Shown: positions 1 to 8,852 of the stretch, piece after piece
How the letters are laid out: every line of letters starts with the position of its first letter
Position numbering within the stretch: the stretch's first letter is position 1
Assembly: GCF_018350175.1 (NCBI RefSeq)
Contig: NC_058383.1
Coordinates: forward strand, 10,480,001-10,544,000
DNA from: Felis catus
Taxonomy: Eukaryota
DNA length: 64,000 nt
Direction of reading: 5' to 3'
The notes under the pieces: generated by a model
Told to the model about the DNA's origin: nothing
The model's input: only the letters and a program-made list of their open reading frames with translations
Database searches by the model: none
Program-made: the position numbers and the translations under genes

Positions 1-148
1 TGTAGGGCTGAGGCGGGGGGGGCAGGGGGCGCAAGGGAGCATAGACTGGGCTTCAACACGCGCAAGGACGGCCTCCAGCAACTTTGGGTATGAGCACTGC
101 TCGCCCAGCCCCACTGAGATGCCCCAAGCTTTCTCTCTTTCCTCGCAG

Positions 149-211
149 CAGCCGCTGCCCAGGCAGCAGCCGCAGCTCAGGCAGCAGCAGCCGCCAAGGC
201 AGCCAAGTACG
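149..211 (+). CDS. ELN: Tropoelastin exon 21 (KA cross-link domain, AAAQAAAAAQAAAAAKAAKYG); start at 149 or 152 (NAGNAG acceptor)
   Basis: Polypyrimidine tract then CAG, donor G|gtaagt, phase-1 symmetric exon encoding Ala-rich KAAKY. The gene starts upstream of the window. Confidence 0.9.
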
Positions 212-283
212 GTAAGTGCCCCTGCCCTGCCTGTCCCCACACCCAGGGCCGTGCCCCCCCCTCCTGCTCACCCCAGCCCTGCT

Positions 284-333
284 CTCGGGCTGTCACATCC
301 TGGGCTTTCTCACAATCGTTGGCTTATCTGACC
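284..333 (+). repeat. 50-bp direct repeat, copy 1 (ELN intron 21)
   Basis: 49/50 identical to 1739-1788. Confidence 0.95.
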
Positions 334-627
334 TGGGGCCCAGGCTCCAAGGTCAGAGCAGTTCTCCAGCGAGAGGGCAGAGCAACCCCACCCTCAGGCC
401 CCTGGGGCTGAATGGCCTGGGTCAAGGTCAGGAGTCCCCCGACCCCATCTTCCGAAGCCACTCTGACCTCTTCTGCCCTTTTCAGTCGCTCACCACTATG
501 ATTATCAGCCCCGCTTCTCAGCTGTACCCCACATCAGCCAGGCGGAGGTGCCCATCAGCCATTCTGTTCCCCACGCCACCGTCTCCCCTTCCCTCTCCCA
601 GGAGCCTGACGCTCTTTGCTCTTCCAG

Positions 628-714
628 GTGCTGGAGGCGTCGGAGGCTTGGGCGGGCTGGTGCCAGGCATCGGAGACGGAGTAGCAGGCGTGCCAGGTGT
701 AGGAGGGGTGCCAG
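628..714 (+). CDS. ELN: Tropoelastin exon 22 (hydrophobic, GAGGVGGLGGLVPGIGDGVAGVPGVGGVP)
   Basis: cttccag| ... G|gtgagc; 87 nt, in frame. Confidence 0.88.
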
Positions 715-1583
715 GTGAGCTGCGTCCCCAACCCAGAGGAGGGGTGGCTTTGTCTCACGAAAGGAGCCCTGGCGTTGACCGGGTCAAGTACATCACTTTG
801 CGGGTGGCAAGACTTCACGGAGCCCAGGGGTGGGGAGGGGAGAGGGCAAATTCCCCTTTGGAGGGAAGACCCTCCAGGGGACCCCAGCTTGCCGGGGGGG
901 GGGGGGGGGGGGCTCGGGAAGTCAGCCGTCATCCAGCTAGGCGGCCGAGCTGTGCTCTGCCAGGGCTGGATGGCCTCCTTCACTCCAGGGGCCTTTCTGG
1001 TTCCTGATCAGGCGGGAAGGTCTATACCACCGTTGGGCTCACGTCCTCGGTGGCTTTTCCCCACCAGATTTCTCTTCTGTGTGCCTTCTTTCTGGGAGAA
1101 AATTTCCCTTCTGAGTTTCCCCCTAAGAAATGGGCTGTTTCCTCCCATTTGGGACACAGGCACTGTTAGGAATTTCTCTTTTTTCTTTTTTTTTTTTCTT
1201 CTTTTTTTTTTTTAAATAAACACCACCATCAGCAGAAAGCTGCACAAGCCTTCTAGACGATGAGGAGAGGGTCTGTGCTTCAATCCATCAGCTTTGGGCT
1301 CCGGTCTGCCATAGCCAGAGCTAGAATGTCACAGTCCCAGGGCCACTTCCCAGGGAAGGGACGTGCCTAGGTTGACTAGTGGGCCATCCTCGGAGTGGGA
1401 TGCAGGCCGACTCCATGTGCTTCCCTCTCTGTCTGCAGGGGCAAGGAGGCAGCGTGGGGAGGGTCTGCTGGGGGAGGGGACATTTCCCTATGGGTGGTCT
1501 TTCCAAAATCGGGGAAGGGGAAGGGAGGATGTGGGGAGGGGTGCCAGGGACTGCCCCCTGATCCCTGTTCTTCACCTCTCCAG

Positions 1584-1640
1584 GAGTGGGGACCCCGGCC
1601 GCCGCAGCCGCCAAAGCCGCTGCCAAAGCCGCCCAGTTTG
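1584..1640 (+). CDS. ELN: Tropoelastin exon 23 (GVGTPAAAAAKAAAKAAQF)
   Basis: ctccag| ... G|gtaagt; 57 nt; recognisable elastin peptide. Confidence 0.95.
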
Positions 1641-1738
1641 GTAAGTGTCCCCCCCAACCCCCCATTCTGGAGCACGGCTCTCTCATGTTCCCTGTTCTAG
1701 GGTCTAGCGGGGCCCCTCCCCCCAAGGAGGCAAGTCCC

Positions 1739-1788
1739 CTCGGGCTATCACATCCTGGGCTTTCTCACAATCGTTGGCTTATCTGACC
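1739..1788 (+). repeat. 50-bp direct repeat, copy 2 (ELN intron 23)
   Basis: 49/50 identical to 284-333. Confidence 0.95.
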
Positions 1789-2259
1789 ACTTTTAGGGGT
1801 GTGGGTGAAGTCCTGATCAGGAAAGCAAAGTGAGAGCGGGCCCTGGTGAGCCCTCCAGGACCGGGCTCCCCATCCTTCCCAAAGCCCTCGTCGCCTCCGA
1901 GTCCAGCTGGGGCCTGTCCCCCTCTGCACCTCACGCTGGGCTCACTGGACTCCCATCTCCTTGAGCTATGGCCAGTATTTCTGGCTCCCTGACCAGCACC
2001 TTCCTGAATATGCCAAACCACAGCAGCCCTTCTAGATTCCTTCCCATCTGTAAGCCAGGCCCTGGGCCAGGGCGGGGGCAAAGAGGCAATTTGGGGACCT
2101 GCAGATATCAAGGTTCAGATCACGCAACTCAGCACTGTCTAGGCCAGAGTCTCAACGTCGGGGCTGCTGACCCCCAAACTCACATGTGACAAACAACCCC
2201 TTTTATACAAAGCTGCTGTTTGCGGAGGCAATCGCTACACCGACTTTGCGAAGTTGGTA

Positions 2260-2545
2260 CTACCGTTCCCATTTTACAGATGTGGAAACTGAGGTTCTGA
2301 GAGCCTAAGTGACACGTCCACATTCACACAGCCAAATGGCGGCGGAGCTGAGCTTTGAGCCCGGGTCTACCTGTCTTGCAGAGTTCCCTTTACTGTGTAA
2401 CTGCCTCCATCACCCCCGAAAGTCTCAAAGGGGCCCCTGTCCTCCAAAGGTTAAGAGCTCCTGATCCCACACATGTCTCGTTTTAGGAATGAGGAAACTG
2501 AGGCCCATCAAGGGAAAGTAACTTGTCCAAGGTCACACAGCAAGT
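2260..2545. mobile_element. MIR SINE fragments
   Basis: MIR core motifs cccattttacagatgtggaaactgagg and gaggaaactgaggccc...taacttgtccaaggtcacacag. Confidence 0.7.
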
Positions 2546-2648
2546 CTGTGTCTGGGCCGGGACAAGATCTCAAGGCTCTGGACTTCCAGCCTGCAGCTGT
2601 CTTCCTTGGTCAGGACTTGGCTAAGAATTAGCTCCTCTGTTCTTGCAG

Positions 2649-2756
2649 GTTTAGGCCCTGGAATTGGCGTGGCTCCCGGCGTGGCTCCCGGCGTGGCTCC
2701 CGGCGTGGCCCCTGGCGTGGCTCCCGGCATTGGCATTGGCCCTGGTGGTGTTATAG
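2649..2756 (+). CDS. ELN: Tropoelastin exon 24 (GLGPGI[GVAP]x5GIGIGPGGVI)
   Basis: ttgcag| ... G|gtgagc; 108 nt. Confidence 0.93.
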
Positions 2757-2837
2757 GTGAGCTACTGAGTAAGAGGGCCTGAGGGACCTCTGAATCCTCC
2801 ATGGGTGCCATCTCTGAACCCCCCCCTCCCCCTGCAG

Positions 2838-2897
2838 GAGTGGGGACCCCAGCTGCAGCCAAAGCCGCTGCTAAAGCGGCCGCCAAAGCCCAGTACC
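2838..2897 (+). CDS. ELN: Tropoelastin exon 25 (GVGTPAAAKAAAKAAAKAQYR)
   Basis: ctgcag| ... C|gtgagt; 60 nt; second in-frame acceptor at 2853. Confidence 0.92.
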
Positions 2898-3433
2898 GTG
2901 AGTGCCCTACCACCTTTCTCCCCTCACCCCTGCGAGCCTGGGGCTGGCCCACTGTGACCCAAGCCACGATATGCAGCCTCAGCACCAGAGGGGTTGGAAG
3001 CATAGACTGGGCATGAGGGAGACCTGGGTTCAAGCCCTGGGTCCCACACTAGCGAAGCAACCTCCGAGTTTCCTGTCCTTATATGGGACACACGGGTGCC
3101 GACGGCAAATGTTGCAGATGGTTGTCAGAAGTGAGTTAATCCAAGAGGGAAGGAGCCGGTAGGGGGGCGGGGAACCAGGCTAGAAAGGACGGTGGTGTCC
3201 ATAGCCACTGTCTGGCCCAGAATGCCAGACTGGGAGAGGCTGGACTTGGTGGTCAGTGGGAGTTTTAGGAAGACCATTCCTGGTAGGAGTACAGAGGGCA
3301 GGTTAAGGGCAAGGAGACCCCTGCATGGGTCTGGGCCCCACCCTTGGGGCCTGACTCGGCTTCCTGGGTGGGACACCCCCAGGGGCGCACGCTCCCTACC
3401 TGCTGCCACCGCACCCCTGCCCATCTCCCCCAG

Positions 3434-3559
3434 GGGCTGCAGCTGGGCTTCCTGCTGGTGTTCCTGGCTTTGGAGTTGGTGCTGGCGTTCCTGGCTTTGG
3501 AGTTGGTGCCGGCGTTCCTGGCTTTGGAGCTGGCGTTGGCGTTCCTGGCTTTGGGGCAG
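3434..3559 (+). CDS. ELN: Tropoelastin exon 26 ([41 protein letters not shown])
   Basis: ccccag| ... G|gtgcgg; 126 nt with nonapeptide repeats. Confidence 0.93.
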
Positions 3560-4218
3560 GTGCGGGTGAGGGGCCTTCTAGGGGCTGGGCGGAAACTGCC
3601 CCCTGAGCTCGGAGGAGGGAGACCTCTCTTCATGGCCACACATTCCCGGGAGCCTTACTCAGGGGATCGTAGTAAATTCCCCATCAGGTCCTCCTGAGCA
3701 GTCAGAGACGACTAGGGTAACAGATGGGGGGCAGGCCAGGCAAAGGGAGTGCCCCCAGGCTGCTAGATTTCAGAGTTTCTGCCTGCTCAGTAGAGGACTG
3801 ATGGGGTTCCGAAGTGAAAAGGAGCCCACAACCCAGGAAAGGAGGGTGGAGGTCCCTGGGGTCAGCGGGCATGAGTGGGCCAGTCTGGCTCCCATTCAGC
3901 AGTGCCCTGTGGCAAGAGGGCCACTAGGACCTCCAGTTCTTCACCTAGCCCGTGCTCTGCGTCCAGCCTCAGGCAGATCACACTGGAAGAAGGAGGCACA
4001 GTTCAGCCTCCAAGCAGCCCCAGACCAGACTGGCAGTGGCACGGTTAGATCCCGGAGCTCTGTACATGTCAGGGTGAGCTCCTGGCTGGGAGTCTCTGTT
4101 CCAGGGCTTTGAGACGAACGATGAAGGCTGATGAAGTCAGGGAGGGCTGCCTGGAGGAGGCAGAACTTCTGGGCACAGAGCTTAGCTGCTGACCAGCCCT
4201 CTTTCCCTTTTTCCCCAG

Positions 4219-4257
4219 TGCCTGGATCCCTGGCTGCCGCTAAAGCAGCCAAATATG
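4219..4257 (+). CDS. ELN: Tropoelastin exon 27 (VPGSLAAAKAAKY)
   Basis: ccccag| ... G|gtgagt; 39 nt. Confidence 0.95.
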
Positions 4258-5678
4258 GTGAGTGTGCCCTGCCCACTGCCCACCCCCCCTTGGGTGGCTT
4301 GCTTGCTGCCCTATCAGCCCTGAGAACACCTGGTCACCCATCGCTCCTCCACGGGGCCAGGGCCCGGGGCCCGGAGCTTGCAGCGCACAGCTGGGATGGT
4401 CAGGGTGGAAAAAGGCAGTTTCTAGGACACATTAATGATGGTTCAGTAGACCTGGCTCCTGCCCCCTAAATGCCTATCATGCTTCCAGCTCCGGGACGAC
4501 TCGAAACGCCCCTCACATTTCCAAACCCCCTCCTCCCCCCCACCCCCCCGCCACCGGTGGCAGTTCCTTGATGAGGACCATGGTCCCTAAGGCCCTTCTG
4601 GCCCTGACAGTTTCATGGGACCCGAGGCCAGGGGCCCCGCCTGCTGTCGGCCGGGCAGCTCCTGCCTCCTCTCCAGCACAGCCAGGACACCTCGTCTAGG
4701 CTCACCTCCCGCCTGCCTCGCTGTCAGCATGACTGTGCCTGCCACGAGCCTGGAGGACGTGGCAGCCCGCCTGGACAGACCCACATTGTCTGTGGCCCCC
4801 GCATTCCTGGCCTCCTAGGAGCCGGACTCGGCCTCTGCCAGGGAACCACCAACCGGCCCCGGCCAGTCCGCTTGGGGCCCGTTTCCACTTCGGAAAATCC
4901 CGGCTTCCTCGGCCCCCACCCCACCCCACCCCCCACGGGCCTGGTGGCCCACAGGCCCCTCTCCTATTCCTTGCCGGCTGCTGGCCTGCCTGAGCCTAAC
5001 AGACGTTGCCAGGGAAACAAAGCAGTTAAGGGCGCTGGCTCCCAATTCTTGCCCGTGGAAACTTGAGGACGCCGCGTAGCCTCTGCCGGGCCTCAATTTT
5101 CTCATCTGCACAATGGGGACGATAATAGTGCCTGCCTGCCCTGTCGCAATGAATAATAAGCGGGCCACCGCATGCAAAGCACAGAGAACCGTGACTGTTG
5201 CGTAAGGCGTTACCTGGCCATACGCAGCAGCTCCGTACTGGACGGAGGTTCAGAACTCAGAGTACGTCCGCTCCCCAGACACCTGTAGTGTGAGTGGGGT
5301 AAGGATCATCATCCCTGTTAGGGAGATGGGGCTCTGGGGGTCAGAGAGGCGACAGCTATAGTGAGAAAGCAGAATTTGAACACAGGATGGGCAGGACCTG
5401 AGACACGTCTTCTGCCCTCTGCGGCTCGTAGCCACCGCTGTGGCCACCTGTGGCTCCCAGCACCAGCTGTCTGGGAAGGAGACAAAATGGGTGGGCCAAG
5501 GCTCAAAGGGGTCCCCCCCCTTGCCCGATTGGTCAGGACAGAGCCAGGACCCATACCGAGGCTCCTTCCGCTGGGTCACGTGACTTTGGCCACCCGTCTG
5601 CTCTGCCTAGCATCCCCGGGGCAGGGAGACCTCGTCCTGCAGAAATTGGGGTGCTGACTTTCCATCATCTCTCCACAG

Positions 5679-5732
5679 GAGCTGCAGGGGTGGGGGCTCT
5701 TGGCGGAGTAGGTGTCCCAGGCGGTGTGGTAG
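5679..5732 (+). CDS. ELN: Tropoelastin exon 28 (GAAGVGALGGVGVPGGVV)
   Basis: ccacag| ... G|gtgagt; 54 nt. Confidence 0.92.
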
Positions 5733-5756
5733 GTGAGTCAAAAGCCCAGGACAGGT

Positions 5757-5979
5757 GGGACGCCTGGGTGGCTCAGTCGGTTAAGTGTCCGACTTCGGCT
5801 CAGGTCATGATCTCACCGTTTGCGAGTTCGGGCTCTGTGCTGACAGCTTAGAGCCTGGAGCCTGCTTCGAATTCTGTGTCTCCCTCTCTCTCTGCTCCTC
5901 CCCTGCTCATGCTCTGTCTCTCTCTCTCTCTCCTTCAAAAATAAATAGAAACATTAAAAAATTTAAAAAAAAATTTTAA
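5757..5979 (+). mobile_element. CAN-SINE (SINEC_Fc-like) in ELN intron 28
   Basis: cgcctgggtggctcagtcggtt head, (CT)n, A-tail; TSD aaaagcccagga at 5740 and 5980. Confidence 0.92.
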
Positions 5980-6059
5980 AAAAGCCCAGGAAAGGCTGGG
6001 CAGGGAGGAATGCTGACCAGTGGAGAGTCCCTCACTCTGACCTCCTCCTGTGTCCCCAG

Positions 6060-6119
6060 GAGCCGGACCTGCTGCCTCAGCTGCTGCTGCCAAAGCTGCT
6101 GCCAAAGCTGCCCAGTTTG
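6060..6119 (+). CDS. ELN: Tropoelastin exon 29 (GAGPAASAAAAKAAAKAAQF)
   Basis: ccccag| ... G|gtgagt; 60 nt. Confidence 0.95.
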
Positions 6120-6374
6120 GTGAGTGCTGGTTGGAGGTGGGGGTGGCCCCCAGGCCCTGGGGTTTGGGGCGGGGAGGCCTCTGACCGTGCACCATGGAGC
6201 ACATAGTCCCTGACCCGCCCCCGGGGCCCTCAGAGGCATCGTCTCCCCAGGGCCCAGCCCTTCGAGGCCCCAGGAGCTCAGGCTCCACGTGGGTCCAAGG
6301 ATGAGAACCCCACTGTCTGCAGACAGACCAGCTATTCCCACCATCGGGATTTGAACACGCGGCTCTCTCCACAG

Positions 6375-6452
6375 GCCTCGGGGGAGCCGGAGCCCTGGGA
6401 GTTGGGGGGCTCGGAGCTGGCGGAGCCATCCCAGGGGTTGGGGGCTTTGGAG
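6375..6452 (+). CDS. ELN: Tropoelastin exon 30 (GLGGAGALGVGGLGAGGAIPGVGGFG)
   Basis: ccacag| ... G|gtgagt; 78 nt. Confidence 0.93.
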
Positions 6453-6487
6453 GTGAGTGGCTGCTCTGGAATCAGAGCGTGCATGGG

Positions 6488-6489
<2 letters not shown>

Positions 6490-6523
<34 letters not shown>
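6490..6523 (+). repeat. (GT)17 microsatellite, ELN intron 30
   Basis: Direct reading. Confidence 0.97.
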
Positions 6524-6526
<3 letters not shown>

Positions 6527-7049
6527 AGAGAGAGACATGCAGAGACTGACCTTCTTTCCCACCCCATGCACCTGCCTCAGGCTGGCCTGCAGCATTTGGG
6601 GGACCTTCAGCAAACACCCTCTTGCAGTTGGGTGCCCCCTCCCCTCCCTCTCTTCCATCAGCCTCCCAGACCACTTTAAGTGGGAGTACATCAAGACAAT
6701 GATGGTTGTGCCCATTTTCCAGAGAAGGAAAGCAAAGTCAGGAGGGAATTTTTTTTTTTTTCCCCAAAATCTCTGCCACCGTGGCGGGCCTCATGTTGAC
6801 ATTTCCCTCTTCCGTGGGTCATCCGTTGTGTCCCCCTATCCGAGCCGGCCTGAATCTCGTCCTGCGTGCTCCAGCCTGGACACCCAGGAAGAGCTTACTA
6901 AAGACTTTTGGGAAGAGGGATGGATAAGGGGGGGCGGCAGGGCGGATGAGTCGGCGGGCAGATGGTAAGCGGGGCGAGCAGGTCAGGAGGGGACATGACT
7001 CGGGGAGGGCCCTGCTGTTCCTGAGCCCACATACCCCGTGTCTCCCCAG

Positions 7050-7088
7050 GTGTGTCCCCAGCTGCAGCTGCTAAAGCGGCCAAATATG
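7050..7088 (+). CDS. ELN: Tropoelastin exon 31 (GVSPAAAAKAAKY)
   Basis: ccccag| ... G|gtgagt; 39 nt. Confidence 0.95.
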
Positions 7089-7291
7089 GTGAGTTTCTCT
7101 CCTGCCCTCCCCTCTGCCCAGGTGTCAGGTTGCTTCGCACCCCACCCCACCCCTGTGCCCTGTCCCCACCCCAACTCAGGCCTCAGTCCTGCTCACAATA
7201 GCCCTGCAGGCCTGTGCTTGCCCCCAGAACCCAGAGAGGGTGCTCGGCACCCCTTAAATCGTGTGTGGTCCTGACCCCTGTCCACCTGCAG

Positions 7292-7345
7292 GTGCCACTG
7301 GCCTTGGAAGTGTCCTAGGGGCCACCAGGCCATTCCCAGTTGGAG
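7292..7345 (+). CDS. ELN: Tropoelastin exon 32 (GATGLGSVLGATRPFPVG) with non-canonical GC donor; may be skipped
   Basis: ctgcag| acceptor; 54 nt homologous to exon 32 (GAAGLGGVLGGAGQFPLG in human); followed by gcaggg rather than gt. Confidence 0.7.
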
Positions 7346-7461
7346 GCAGGGGCCATCCATCTCTCTGTGAAATCCTCAGCTCTGCCCAGGGCCTAGAGGA
7401 GGCCTGTCTGGATAGCGGCCGGGGGACCCCTGGAGCTGCATCTCGCACAAAGACACGGGGA

Positions 7462-7463
<2 letters not shown>

Positions 7464-7501
<38 letters not shown>
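7464..7501 (+). repeat. (AG)19 microsatellite, ELN intron 32
   Basis: Direct reading. Confidence 0.97.
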
Positions 7502-7506
<5 letters not shown>

Positions 7507-7747
7507 ATAGTCCAGGAAAGGGAACATCCTGGGCAAAGGGGCAGGCCTCAGGGTCAGTGGGTACACTGTGGGGGACAGACACCAGGCTGATGAGCTGGGG
7601 CTACAGGGCTGGAGACAAGGTTTGTAAAGAAAGCTGCTCAGCCAGTGAGGGGCACGCAGGGGCAGGGGGTGGTCCTGGGCAGTGAGGCAGTAGGCCCAGC
7701 GGCTGGAGCAGGGCCTGCCCTACACCAACCTCAAACCCCTCCCACAG

Positions 7748-7792
7748 GAGTTGCGGCAAGACCGGGCTTTGGACTGTCTCCCATTTACCCAG
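7748..7792 (+). CDS. ELN: Tropoelastin exon 33 (GVAARPGFGLSPIYP)
   Basis: ccacag| ... G|gtacac; 45 nt; highly conserved peptide. Confidence 0.95.
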
Positions 7793-8167
7793 GTACACCC
7801 AGCCTCCCTGTCCCCGGGCCCCTTCCTGTCAACTCCCCCACGCCATCTGCTCAGAAGGGCCAGGCCCCGGGGGCAGACCCATGACCTCCATCACACGAAA
7901 CAGGGCCTCCCCTCAGTCCTCTCCACCTCCCTTGCAAGGGCCAGGGAGCATCAGCTTTTCCAAAGCCCCGTGTCCCAGATGAGGCAAACTGAGGTTCAGA
8001 CAGTGGGAGGGACTCGCCCAAGGTCACACACCGAGGGAGGCAGAGCCCCGGGCTCCTGACACCCAGGCTCAGAACTTGGCCCTCTCGGGTGGGGCCCACA
8101 CTGTCCGGAAAGGCTTGGCGGGCTCCCCGGAAGCAGACATACTCACAGCCCCTCTCCCTGCCCCAAG

Positions 8168-8197
8168 GTGGTGGAGCTGGGGGCCTGGGAATTGGCG
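8168..8197 (+). CDS. ELN: Tropoelastin exon 34 (GGGAGGLGIG)
   Basis: cccaag| ... G|gtgagt; 30 nt. Confidence 0.85.
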
Positions 8198-8801
8198 GTG
8201 AGTCTGCAATAAGGAGGAGCCCCGCTTCAGGCAGGGCCCTAGTTACTTTCATGGAGTCGGGGTACTCCATGCTATGGTGGCCACGGCCTCGGGCTGGCCC
8301 TCTGATGCCGAGAAAATTCAGCCCTGGGATGTAAGAATGGGGGCAATGATCCCATTCCTGGGGTTCCCAGCCTGGCATTTGATGGGACACCAGGAGTGAG
8401 ACAGAGACCTGGCCAACCCCCCACTCCCACCCCACCCCGTCTCTGGTGTAACTGGAGAGACGGACAAGGTCCCAGAGAAAAGGAAAGGAAGTGTGTAAGG
8501 GCAGAAACAAGGTCCGTTCGAGTAGGTGGTCAGGGAGGCCAAAGCCTAGGGCATGTTACATGGGGCAGTCAGCATGGCCAGGGTCTGACTCAGGGCGGGG
8601 GCGCCCTCCTAGCTGCTCAGACCTCCACAGGTGGGATGCCATCCACAAGGAGCATAACTAGACAGCACAGGTCAGGCCGGTGGGACTGAAAGGCAGGCTG
8701 GGGGCAGGAAGGCCTTCAGAACCTCCCGAGACAGGGTAGAGGCCTGGTACAACGTAAGGTTCTAGGAGAAGCAGGAAAGCCTGGCCCCCTCCCCTCCACA
8801 G

Positions 8802-8852
8802 GCAAACCTCCCAAGCCCTTTGGAGGGGCCCTGGGAGCCCTAGGATACCAGG
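8802..8852 (+). CDS. ELN: Tropoelastin exon 35 (KP domain, GKPPKPFGGALGALGYQ)
   Basis: ccacag| ... G|gtgagt; 51 nt. Confidence 0.92.

Noticed and set aside
5757..5830. tRNA-like A/B boxes
   Set aside because: tRNA-derived SINE heads followed by (CT)n and A-tails; no full cloverleaf
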